Part shown: one piece after another, positions 37,895 to 46,285 of the stretch
Position numbering within the stretch: the first letter of the stretch is position 1
How the letters are laid out: each line of letters starts with the position of its first letter
Source: Candidatus Bathyarchaeia archaeon
GTDB lineage: Archaea; Thermoproteota; Bathyarchaeia; 40CM-2-53-6
Direction of reading: 5' to 3'
DNA length: 64,000 nt
NCBI GenBank assembly: GCA_035935655.1
Contig: DASYWW010000062.1
Span: forward strand, 270,632-334,631
Made by a program: the position numbers and the translations under genes
Notes under the pieces: model-generated
Told to the model about the DNA's origin: nothing
The model's input: the letters and a program-made list of their open reading frames with translations, nothing else
Database searches by the model: none

Positions 37895-38923
37895 CTACCG
37901 GAAGTTCCTAGGAATTTCTAGGTCGCCGGTTTCCGTTAAGACCCTATAGCAATTGAGGGTAATCCATTTGCTAGGCTTTCCAATTTGTTCTATGGTCGCG
38001 GGGGCCTTTCTTCCCTTTCCACTCGGATAGAAGAAATCTCCTTCTCTGAACCAGTCCCCTTCCAGATTCCAAGTTCCGTTCGGACTGCGTTTTGAAAGCA
38101 AAAGGTGAGTCGCGTCTCTAATTCTCTCGTCATCTGAATATCCCAGTTTTGTCAACACTCGAAGCCCGTGAAGAATGTCATAGAAGTAGTACATTGGAAA
38201 ATGAAGCGCGGTGAAGAAGGGATAGGTCTCTTTCCAATGATGATTGTCTGACTTGTAGACGCGGTGCATTAAGAGAAACTCCGCTCCTCTTTCGATTGAT
38301 CGTTTCATTTTTCTCGTCCATTTTTGCCGAGGAATTTCTGAGTAGGCCCACAGTGGCTCGATGGTTGACATGAATGAACTGTGCTTCACTTTCTTTTCGG
38401 GATAATCGCAGTTCCATCCGCCGTCTTCCAGTTGTCCCTTGGCCAGCCAGTTGATTGCGTTTTTGAGACGGCGGTCCTCGCCGTATCCAAACTTGATTAG
38501 CGTTCGGATCATGTTGCCTGTGAGACATGGTTCGTCCCATCTCCTCCTCTTCTCCTCAATCTTGCTCGGACAAGCAAAAGCGCCTGTATCCACTTGGTGC
38601 AATTCGAGAAACCGTTCACATTCACCCTTGATTCTCTGATCCGCAGGAGCTTCCAACTCACCTAGTAAGGCCAGAGGCCAGGCAGCAGCCGTCCACTTTG
38701 GACGATAGCAAGTCTCCTTGGGAGGCCAGTAGCCCCCACGGGTTTGCCCCTTCATTATGCGCCTGACAGGCCCAGATTTTTCTATCCTCTCTCGGGTTGC
38801 TACAACATCTTTGTCGCTGGTGCGACGACCTAGTAGGTCGGTGAGAGTGTGAAATCTTATGGAAGGATCCTTTGGATCCAGTAGCCATTCAATTGTAGGC
38901 TGTTTCATGACGTTTGGCTTCAA
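37895..38923 (-). CDS. prenyltransferase / squalene-cyclase-repeat (alpha-alpha toroid) like protein
   Basis: Repeated ..Q..DGGW.. type motifs (TRGGYWPP, QLEDGGWNCD, SPNGTWNLEGDW). 342 aa. Confidence 0.5.
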   Translation of the reverse strand: MKPNVMKQPTIEWLLDPKDPSIRFHTLTDLLGRRTSDKDVVATRERIEKSGPVRRIMKGQTRGGYWPPKETCYRPKWTAAAWPLALLGELEAPADQRIKGECERFLELHQVDTGAFACPSKIEEKRRRWDEPCLTGNMIRTLIKFGYGEDRRLKNAINWLAKGQLEDGGWNCDYPEKKVKHSSFMSTIEPLWAYSEIPRQKWTRKMKRSIERGAEFLLMHRVYKSDNHHWKETYPFFTALHFPMYYFYDILHGLRVLTKLGYSDDERIRDATHLLLSKRSPNGTWNLEGDWFREGDFFYPSGKGRKAPATIEQIGKPSKWITLNCYRVLTETGDLEIPRNFR

Positions 38924-38972
38924 ACTGGCTCTGTTAATCGTTTCCTCGGGGGTCTAAGCATAGTCGATGAGA

Positions 38973-39443
38973 CTACCGGCGTATCATCTTCTCCGTTTCA
39001 CGAATCTGACCAGCATAGATCTGTCGGTCCTCTTCATCAATGTTCAAGGAGCCAAGTTGTTTCTTCGCTTTGCTGAGATACTTTCTGGCAACTTTGTAGT
39101 TCTTTGCCACCGCGTGAGCTCGCGCAACAGCTTCATAGGCAGTGCCGAGAATCTCTATCAAGTTATTCTTCTTGGCGATCTCCAGTGATGATCTGGCGAA
39201 TTGAAGCGATAGGTTGGGACGGCCGAGGGCTGCGTATACTCGAGAGATCTGCCAATCCCCAACTGCCTGGTTTCGGGGACTACCGACAAGACTCCAATGA
39301 TAGCGCGACGAGTGGGCCAAGTGTAGCATCATCGCGTCATCCTCGGCGTTTCTTTTCTTCTTCTCTAGGTAATCCCAAGTTCTGTTGAAAGATTGGGCCC
39401 CGGTTTTCCGGTGAAACCTGCGTTCACTTTCTGTCATTCTCAT
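38973..39443 (-). CDS. hypothetical TPR-like helical protein
   Basis: 156-aa ORF with helical-repeat character and no specific motif. Confidence 0.45.
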   Translation of the reverse strand: MRMTESERRFHRKTGAQSFNRTWDYLEKKKRNAEDDAMMLHLAHSSRYHWSLVGSPRNQAVGDWQISRVYAALGRPNLSLQFARSSLEIAKKNNLIEILGTAYEAVARAHAVAKNYKVARKYLSKAKKQLGSLNIDEEDRQIYAGQIRETEKMIRR

Positions 39444-39493
39444 GGTCGGTGTTCATTGAGTATTGTCATATTGTAGCTGGGTGAGTGCACGAA

Positions 39494-40006
39494 TTACTCT
39501 GGCGGGGGTTCCCAGATTACTTCCGCTATGCTGAATGCCAGTTTGACGTCCGCTTGTTTCAATTGCTCAGGTGGTATCTCCATTGGAACTCGAACCTCCC
39601 CGGCGATAGCGCACACCGCGTCGTTCAACCATCGATATTTCTCGCTCTCCGTCGTGTGTCTGGCAAAACCCACGACCTGTCGACGCCGCTTCGTCGCGGG
39701 GTTTGTTGTTGGCCTAAGTTTGTACAGTTCCTGAGATCGGTCGGATGATCGGCCATAGCCTTGGAAGTCGAGCATTATCAACGCGGAATCATCTGTTTCT
39801 ATGAATCCTTGGATATTCATGGTAAAGGTTTCGTCGGTACGTCGGTGAGGATGATTCGATCCTCGAAATCTTCCGGAGATGCGTCCCTCACATATTCCTT
39901 CAGCGAAGTAGAAATGGTCTTCCTCAGTTCCCTTTTTCCCAGTAAGATTAACCTGCCATCCGTCGGGATAGAAGAATCGGACCGTGTAGAGAGGTTCCAG
40001 TCGCAT
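39494..40006 (-). CDS. hypothetical beta-barrel protein (DUF3237-like)
   Basis: ..EGICEGRISGRFRGSN.. and ..TDDSALIMLDFQGYG.. resemble DUF3237. The assignment is weak. Confidence 0.45.
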   Translation of the reverse strand: MRLEPLYTVRFFYPDGWQVNLTGKKGTEEDHFYFAEGICEGRISGRFRGSNHPHRRTDETFTMNIQGFIETDDSALIMLDFQGYGRSSDRSQELYKLRPTTNPATKRRRQVVGFARHTTESEKYRWLNDAVCAIAGEVRVPMEIPPEQLKQADVKLAFSIAEVIWEPPPE

Positions 40007-40087
40007 AATCCCTCCGCAATCTCGACGATATTAATTCTATTCGAGAAACACTTAGCGAATTCAGCCCGGACCTCATAAAGGGATGGG

Positions 40088-40127
40088 TGGCGAGCCCGGT
40101 GGGATTCGAACCCACGATTTTCGGACC
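40088..40127 (-). other. orphan tRNA 3' half (variable region, T arm, acceptor 3' strand, CCA) with no detectable 5' half
   Basis: Minus strand reads ..TCCGA-AAATC-GTGGG-TTCGAAT-CCCAC-CGGGCTC-G-CCA. It matches the 3' end of tRNA-Arg(UCG) at 41055..41088 in 33 of 34 nt. No matching acceptor 5' strand or D arm was found in the next ~1 kb. Confidence 0.6.
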
Positions 40128-40149
40128 ACACTCTGTAAGATAAGACAGT

Positions 40150-41040
40150 TTGCGGGACGTCCTTGTTCTGAAGCCCCTCATAAGAGAGCAGATTTGTAGG
40201 ATTCGAGCTCTTCGGCGGAGCGGGCAGTCGTACAAGGAGGTAGCTCGCCGCGCAGGATTTTCAGTAAGCACTGTGCACAAGTATGCTTTCAAAGTTAGAC
40301 TCGACAAGAGAAGCAAGGCGCGAATCCAAGAAGGGGTTTTTCGAACACAGCGTAATTTTGTCAGCAAGTTTGCTCGCGTTAAAACCGTAGCGGTAACGTC
40401 CCAAGAGTTGACCCGTGACAAGGCTCGCCTGCTAGGGCACATATTATTCGACGGAATCGCTACACGCTACGTTATCAGCTATACAACCGCATCGTCAGCT
40501 TTGGCTCGGCAGTTTCTGAATGACCTCGAAATTAGCTATCGAGGGCTTAAGCCGCGAATTCGAAAATATGCATCCAAGAACATGGATGTGTATGATGTAA
40601 CCGGGGCCTCAATCATCGCCTGCAATGACATTCGCAGGTTTCTTTGCAAACCAGACGTGCGGACTCTGCAGCATCTCCAGTCAGCAGTTATGAACTCAGA
40701 CACGGGGCTGTTAGTACAGATTGTACGGGCGTTTTGGGAAGATGAAGGAAGCACTTCGAGAGAAGGAAACGTAACCGGAGCTATCAAGAACATAAGATTG
40801 CGCAACCAAATCCTTCTAATTCACCAAAAACTCGGAATAGGCGTTAGCCCGTACAAGGATGGAGCCAACCAAATGTTTGGCATCTATGTCAGAAGAGGGC
40901 ACAGAAATCTGCAAAGATTCGATCACCTTGTTGGTTTCCGCAAAGCCATCGTAACTCGAGGTTTGAACATCGGGATCCTCAAAAGGTCAGTACTCTCGGA
41001 ACATCTCGGCCGAGAAAAAAATTGGAAAAGCTGTCGCTAA
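40150..41040 (+). CDS. HTH domain plus double-motif LAGLIDADG homing-endonuclease-like protein
   Basis: 296 aa with a TTG start. N-terminal HTH (..SGQSYKEVARRAGFSVSTVHKY..) and two dodecapeptide-like motifs, LLGHILFDGIA and IVRAFWEDEGS, ~100 aa apart. Confidence 0.6.
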   Translation: MRDVLVLKPLIREQICRIRALRRSGQSYKEVARRAGFSVSTVHKYAFKVRLDKRSKARIQEGVFRTQRNFVSKFARVKTVAVTSQELTRDKARLLGHILFDGIATRYVISYTTASSALARQFLNDLEISYRGLKPRIRKYASKNMDVYDVTGASIIACNDIRRFLCKPDVRTLQHLQSAVMNSDTGLLVQIVRAFWEDEGSTSREGNVTGAIKNIRLRNQILLIHQKLGIGVSPYKDGANQMFGIYVRRGHRNLQRFDHLVGFRKAIVTRGLNIGILKRSVLSEHLGREKNWKSCR

Positions 41041-41054
41041 CATCTGTGAAGCGT

Positions 41055-41157
41055 TGGCGGGCCCGGTGGGATTCGAACCCACGATTTTGGGCTCTCTTCA
41101 CTCCGAAATAGATAGCTCCGAAGGCCCACGTCTTGGTCCTGGCTCGACTACGGGCCC
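41055..41157 (-). tRNA. tRNA-Arg(UCG) with canonical 24-nt intron; CCA encoded
   Basis: GGGCCCG-TA-GTCG-AGCCAGGACCAA..GAC-G-TGGGC-CTTCGG[AGCTATCTATTTCGGAGTGAAGAG]A-GCCCA-AAATC-GTGGG-TTCGAAT-CCCAC-CGGGCCC-G-CCA. Confidence 0.8.
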
Positions 41158-41289
41158 TTGAAACAAAACGGAATGAAACATCTAGTTAACTATTCGGCAG
41201 GAGAGAGCTGCAACCTTGTAGGCTGATTGTGACCAAGGCTTCCTAGAAAACGCTTTAGCCATTCATGTGCGATTGATCAAGGCTAGTTC

Positions 41290-42438
41290 TTGCAGACAAC
41301 TTTTCTGTTAGATGTAGGAATTGCCGTGGCTGCGGCTCTTCTTGTCAGTCTTCTCTTCTATCGACTGGGCCTTCCCATGATCGTCGGCCAACTGGTCGCG
41401 GGAATGCTCGTTGGACCCTACGGTCTCGGTCTGATCCGTGACACGACAGCTATTGACTTTCTGGCGACTCTCGGAATAATACTGCTACTGTTCGTCGTCG
41501 GGCTCGAACTCGACCCTCGCAAATTTGGCAAGGTCGGGTCCAAGGTCTTCGTTCTAAGCACAGTAGAGTTTTTTGTCGCGTTTCTGGTCAGCGTGCTCTC
41601 AGCTCTGTCTGCAGGATGGGATCTGGGGACCGCGCTCTTTCTCGGGTCAGTTCTTGGTCTCAGCAGCACAGCGATAGTTGCGAAACTGATTCTAGATCGT
41701 TTTCCAGAACATGATCAAAATTTCACTGCGCTGATGATGGTGATGGTTGTGGAGGATGTGATTGCCGTTTTCTTGCTGTTCCTTACGCCCGAGCTTGCAG
41801 GGGGACGCCAACTTCAGGCGTCAGGCCTTTTGATCATCGCCTCGAAGGGATTTTTCCTGTTCATAGCGAGCTTCGGATTTGGCAGGTATCTTGGCCCATG
41901 GCTAATCAACAAGGTGAGCCAGTACGAGCTGGAAATCGGTGAAGTCGCGTTCCTGCTTGCTTTGTCATTCGGGTTCTTATTCGGCGTACTTTCAGATTAT
42001 CTTGGTTTCTCGCCTGCTATCGGAGCCTTGCTGGTCGGATTCTTTCTTCCCGTCAAGCAATCGAGGTATGTCCGAGAGAAAATTCTACCCCTCAAGGACG
42101 CTTTCATCGTGTTCTTCTTCTTATCGATGGGGACCCTGATCGACACGTCCACTGCCCTATCCCTCGGCTTACCACTCATGATCATCTTGGCTGGAGCTAT
42201 TCTCGGCAAGCTTGCTGGAGGCGTCCTGGGAGCGCGTTTGGCTCGGATCGGACGCCCCATTCTAGTTGGTTCGATCCTGGTTCCACGTGGAGAGTTCTCG
42301 CTGGTACTCGCTAAGACGGGAGTTGATGCTGGACTAGTAGGCCCGCAGCTCTATCCTGTAGCCGGTCTAGCAGTTCTAGTAACTGCGCTCGCGTCCCCAC
42401 TGATCGATAGATTGACGCGTCCGTCGAATGAACCCTGA
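41290..42438 (+). CDS. cation:proton antiporter (CPA2/Kef-type Na+/H+ exchanger family)
   Basis: 382 aa with ~11-12 TM helices and typical ..GQLVAGMLVGPYGLG.. and ..LLFVVGLELD.. motifs. TTG start. Confidence 0.85.
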   Translation: MQTTFLLDVGIAVAAALLVSLLFYRLGLPMIVGQLVAGMLVGPYGLGLIRDTTAIDFLATLGIILLLFVVGLELDPRKFGKVGSKVFVLSTVEFFVAFLVSVLSALSAGWDLGTALFLGSVLGLSSTAIVAKLILDRFPEHDQNFTALMMVMVVEDVIAVFLLFLTPELAGGRQLQASGLLIIASKGFFLFIASFGFGRYLGPWLINKVSQYELEIGEVAFLLALSFGFLFGVLSDYLGFSPAIGALLVGFFLPVKQSRYVREKILPLKDAFIVFFFLSMGTLIDTSTALSLGLPLMIILAGAILGKLAGGVLGARLARIGRPILVGSILVPRGEFSLVLAKTGVDAGLVGPQLYPVAGLAVLVTALASPLIDRLTRPSNEP

Positions 42439-42501
42439 TGAGTGGTTAGTTGAGATGGCTTAGACAGATTCTCAGAAGGACTTTCTCCTCGGCTGCGACA
42501 G

Positions 42502-43896
42502 CTAGTCAGCAAACTTGTAGTGTCGATAGCCTTGAGAGGTCACGTCTATCAACACGAACTCGTTTTCAGGCTCTGCGACAAATTTTCTTCCATCAGGAAA
42601 TGCTTTCCCCTCGTGCAGGATTTCGTATTCGGCGAGAGACACTGGTCTGCGATTGCGTAATTTCTCGGCATGGCCAAATCTCTTGGCGATAGCAGCCCAT
42701 TCTTCCTGAACAGTCCAGCTTGATGCCTTGGCCTTGCAGCCGCTTCCATAATTTCCAGATCCACCTCTTTTTCCTGCCAGATCGATTCCCCTCATTGCCT
42801 TGGTCTCCAGGAGCATTGAGAGGCAGCTTTTTTCAGAGGCAGAATAGCTGTTGCCGCTCTCTCTTGCGTGTACTAGTCCGTCAGCCACTTTGTCTTGGTA
42901 GTCGGCTTGGAATTGTTTGGTCTCCATGAAGTGTCTCATGTAATCGGCCTCCGCTTTCTCGAACTCCTCTCTTTTCTTGTAGCTGTCTGCTTGAGGCTCG
43001 TCGCCAATCACGCGCAGGACTTCCTTCCAGCGGGGGAGGCCTCGCCAGAAATGTCTCAACAGGTACGCGAAAGCTTTCTCCGCCATCTTCGGGTACGGGA
43101 CGTGGAAAGAGATGGGACCTATGTGATCTACTAACGACTCGCCTTGTCCAGCCCTAACGATGCCAGAGGCAACCGCTTGCTCTGCCCAGTTGTCGACCGC
43201 ACCTTCCATGGCTCTGAGATAACATCTCTCAGAATGTTTTCCGTGGACGACTGCCGTCGTCGAGAAAAGCGGTCTCCAAAAATCATCCTCATCCTCCATG
43301 TGAGTGCCGATGATCGGGTCGATCACCAGCAAACGAGGATTCTCCTTGACTAGGAGGGCGACGGCCCCTGCTCCCTGGGTCGATTCTCCGGGACTGGTAA
43401 GCGGATATCTAGCTATGTCGGTTGCACAGATGATGCTACTTTTCCCATTGCTTCTGCCTGCCCATGCCCAGTCGAGTGAACTTTCCAGAGCATCTGCGGT
43501 GCTTACGCATGCGAACTTGTACTCGACGCCTGAGGTTCTCTTCAGAGATCCCTTACCATACTTCTGTTCTAACATTCCGTGAACATATGCGGCGACAGGT
43601 TTGGATTCGTCCACGCCGGTCTCGGTCGCAATGTCAATTCTTGCGAGACTCGCCGGTTGAACACTGTTTCTTTCCATCAGCTCGAAGATTGCATTCGCAG
43701 CCAAGACCGAGCTGTCTTGGTAGGTGTCCGGAATCGACATTTTGGCGATTCCGATGCCATGAAGATACTTCGAAGGGTCAGATTTTCTTGCAGCAGAAAA
43801 TTCCGTCGGTTTCTCTAGCCTCTTCTCATCTGCTAGCTCCAAGTACAATCGCGGAATGTAGACTGCGATGTCATCGATGCCAACCATGGTCCTCAC
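42502..43896 (-). CDS. hydroxymethylglutaryl-CoA synthase family protein (long form)
   Basis: ..VGIDDIAVYIP.., ..IATETGVDESKP.., Cys in ..KFACVS.., ..FHVPYPKM... 464 aa. Confidence 0.75.
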   Translation of the reverse strand: MRTMVGIDDIAVYIPRLYLELADEKRLEKPTEFSAARKSDPSKYLHGIGIAKMSIPDTYQDSSVLAANAIFELMERNSVQPASLARIDIATETGVDESKPVAAYVHGMLEQKYGKGSLKRTSGVEYKFACVSTADALESSLDWAWAGRSNGKSSIICATDIARYPLTSPGESTQGAGAVALLVKENPRLLVIDPIIGTHMEDEDDFWRPLFSTTAVVHGKHSERCYLRAMEGAVDNWAEQAVASGIVRAGQGESLVDHIGPISFHVPYPKMAEKAFAYLLRHFWRGLPRWKEVLRVIGDEPQADSYKKREEFEKAEADYMRHFMETKQFQADYQDKVADGLVHARESGNSYSASEKSCLSMLLETKAMRGIDLAGKRGGSGNYGSGCKAKASSWTVQEEWAAIAKRFGHAEKLRNRRPVSLAEYEILHEGKAFPDGRKFVAEPENEFVLIDVTSQGYRHYKFAD

Positions 43897-44067
43897 GGGG
43901 TGTCCTCCTGAGCAGGCTTGTGAGCTAAGGAGTCCGTTTCAGTTCACTTACGCAAATAGGGGGGTTACGAGAAGATAGGCGAGATGTTCTATTGTCATGG
44001 GAGTTTGCAGTTACGATTCCTTGCGTTTCTCTTAGTCAAGACAGCTTGACTTGATATGCTTACAATA

Positions 44068-44091
44068 ACCTACTTGGTAGTAGTTGACTAC
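44068..44091. promoter_or_regulatory. bipartite operator-like motif (copy A)
   Basis: ACCTACTTGGT-AGTAG-TTGACTAC lies immediately upstream of the DoxX TATA box. Its reverse complement, GTAGTCAA-N5-ACCAAGTAGGT, matches 62877..62900 at 19 of 24 positions with identical spacing. Confidence 0.5.
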
Positions 44092-44095
44092 CTAC

Positions 44096-44106
44096 TTTAT
44101 AATAAA
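44096..44106 (+). promoter_or_regulatory. TATA box of the DoxX gene (leaderless-type spacing)
   Basis: TTTATAATAAA is centred ~26 nt upstream of the ATG at 44127. Confidence 0.6.
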
Positions 44107-44126
44107 GACCAAAGTGTTGATGGGAT

Positions 44127-44528
44127 ATGATTCAAACCCTCTTCGGAAGCTCCGTAGACCTGCCATCGCTTATCCTAAGACTGGCTGTCGGAACCCTGTT
44201 CATCATACACGGATACCCTAAGCTAACTACTCAAAGAAAGCAAGGTGAAGCCTGGATGAAGAGCGTAGGAATGCCCGCGGCCATGGTTCCACTCGGGGGC
44301 GTTTTCGAGTTCTTCGGCGGAGCAGCGTTGATTCTCGGACTACTAACCCCGATTGTTGCGGTCTTGGCGGCGCTCTGGATGCTATCGACTACGTGGTTCT
44401 CAAAAAGCAAACTGAAGAAGAAATATGCCAGTGGCTACGAGATCGATGTCACATTGTTCTTGGCCGCGCTCGCACTGGCTCTACTTGGCAGCGGAATCTA
44501 TTCAATAGATCACCTACTAGCACTATAG
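44127..44528 (+). CDS. DoxX family membrane protein
   Basis: ..LRLAVGTLFIIHGYPKL.. and four TM helices. Confidence 0.8.
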   Translation: MIQTLFGSSVDLPSLILRLAVGTLFIIHGYPKLTTQRKQGEAWMKSVGMPAAMVPLGGVFEFFGGAALILGLLTPIVAVLAALWMLSTTWFSKSKLKKKYASGYEIDVTLFLAALALALLGSGIYSIDHLLAL

Positions 44529-44540
44529 GAGGAACACAAG

Positions 44541-45344
44541 GTGTCGGCTAGAAGAAACACGACCGTCGCAAAGACGGCTTCTCCCACCACCGATAATGCG
44601 AATAATGAACTTGTAAAGAAAGCATACCAGAATGCGTCTCGCATGATGAAGGAGCAAGGCTTCGGCATCAAGAGCCAGGTGGAGGTCGCCGTTGATCCTC
44701 AGCTTCCATTCATGGGGTACACCATGCCGCAGGCTAGAGGCTACAGAATAGTAGTATCAGGCGGCTCTGTTGATTCAGGAATGTTAGAAGGCTTGCTTGT
44801 TCACGAAATGTCTCACATATACAGGATGGAAAACAATCACCCATCCCACGACGCTGAAGTAATCGAGGAAGCGATAGACAAATTCGGGAAAGAACACTTG
44901 TTGCATGACTATCAGCAGAAGATCGTCCATGATCTACTGAATGATATTCAGGACTTGTACGCTGACGACATCTCGATGAAGGTCATCAAGAAAAGCCCGA
45001 TATTCAAATCAGGCGAGATAAGCAGCTTCCTTCAAGACTGGATAAAAGATGAAACTGTCGAATCCGGCAATCCCAAAATGGATCGTTGGATGAACGCGTC
45101 AATCATGGTCCATAACGCTCGTGCAATCGGTCAGATGACGAGGCACGGCATAGAAGATACCGGTGGAAAGGCCGAGGCCTCAAACCGGAGATTTCTCTCA
45201 CAAATGCCGCCCACAGTCGCGAGCAAGTTCCCATACTTCAAAGACCTGATGATCAATCTGAAAGAAAACATGACCCGGGATCAGTATCGAAAGCTTCTCG
45301 CAGATTATTTGAACCGGTTCTTGGAACTAGCCGAAAAGAACTAA
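44541..45344 (+). CDS. putative zinc metallopeptidase (HExxH)
   Basis: ..LLVHEMSHIYRM.. motif. 267 aa, GTG start. No further family assignment. Confidence 0.5.
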   Translation: MSARRNTTVAKTASPTTDNANNELVKKAYQNASRMMKEQGFGIKSQVEVAVDPQLPFMGYTMPQARGYRIVVSGGSVDSGMLEGLLVHEMSHIYRMENNHPSHDAEVIEEAIDKFGKEHLLHDYQQKIVHDLLNDIQDLYADDISMKVIKKSPIFKSGEISSFLQDWIKDETVESGNPKMDRWMNASIMVHNARAIGQMTRHGIEDTGGKAEASNRRFLSQMPPTVASKFPYFKDLMINLKENMTRDQYRKLLADYLNRFLELAEKN

Positions 45345-45367
45345 TGCGTGGTTGAAACGGTCCTAGG

Positions 45368-45667
45368 GTGACCGGATTGAGTGAAGGATTCGACTTCAAC
45401 AGCGCCCTGAAAGAACTCGACAAGAGCGAAACCCACCTCACCGTGAGAGTTGAGTTTCGCAGATGGGGAAAACCCGTAACTGTCGTCCAAGGACTACCCA
45501 AGACGGGACGATCCCTTGCAGAGGTCGCTCACAAACTGAAAGAGCGCCTAGCAACCGGTGGAACAGCGAAGGATGGTGTGATAATGTTGCAAGGCGACCA
45601 CCGCGCAAGAATCAAAGCTGAACTAGTCAAACTGGGCTTTCCTGACGATCACATAGAAATATTCTAG
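45368..45667 (+). CDS. sui1: translation initiation factor SUI1 (aSUI1/eIF1)
   Basis: ..RRWGKPVTVVQGL.. and ..LKERLATGGTAKDGVIMLQGDHR... 99 aa, GTG start. Confidence 0.9.
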   Translation: MTGLSEGFDFNSALKELDKSETHLTVRVEFRRWGKPVTVVQGLPKTGRSLAEVAHKLKERLATGGTAKDGVIMLQGDHRARIKAELVKLGFPDDHIEIF

Positions 45668-45719
45668 ACATTTTCACGGCTATGCCGCAACTCTTGTCAT
45701 ACAGATCGGCCGCTAGTTA

Positions 45720-46172
45720 TCATGAGGGAGGTTTGACGATTATCTGCCCGGCGAGCCATTGATGCCACGCACAGGTGTATCTGTAAACCCCTGCAACGGT
45801 TAAGGTCACAGAGAACGTTTTTCCTGAGAAGATTATTCCTGAATTAAACCTCGGCCCCCCCGATGGAGCGACAAGAGCTGTGACCGTGTGACCGACCACA
45901 TCGTCGTTTACCCATTCTATCGTGTTGTTGACTCCAATTGTGACCGAGATGTTAACGGGAAAAGGGTACGTGCCATTCACGAAGTTCGCCTGGAAATAAT
46001 TTACGTTAAACCCCGTTGGTTCCGCTGAGGAGTCCTTCGGTATCCTGACAACTGTCACTATCGGATTGGCTGAAGACAATGAACCGACATAGATGTAGCC
46101 GACCGTCGCCGTCACGACAATAGCTGTGACAACAACTGCTAGGATCAGGACCCGTTGCTGAATTTCTTTCAT
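45720..46172 (-). CDS. membrane-anchored cupredoxin (amicyanin/halocyanin-like), axial position Leu
   Basis: N-terminal TM anchor. Ligand pattern ..GHTVTA.. and ..YTCAWHQWL.. (C-x2-H-x2-L). Confidence 0.7.
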   Translation of the reverse strand: MKEIQQRVLILAVVVTAIVVTATVGYIYVGSLSSANPIVTVVRIPKDSSAEPTGFNVNYFQANFVNGTYPFPVNISVTIGVNNTIEWVNDDVVGHTVTALVAPSGGPRFNSGIIFSGKTFSVTLTVAGVYRYTCAWHQWLAGQIIVKPPS

Positions 46173-46285
46173 ACGGATCTCTTCCTCGTAGCTGAAGTTA
46201 GTCCTCTGGCCACCACAAGGCCTCTTTTCGAAATCGATCCAGACGTTCGCGAAATCTAACGCACGTTATGGAACGGTATCGTTTC

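Larger units (their letters stand above)
40088..41088. mobile_element. candidate ~1-kb insertion bounded by 34-nt direct repeats of a tRNA 3' end
   Basis: Direct repeats at 40088..40121 and 41055..41088 (tggcg[a/g]gcccggtgggattcgaacccacgatttt) bracket a single ORF (HTH-LAGLIDADG). No integrase is present. Confidence 0.35.
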
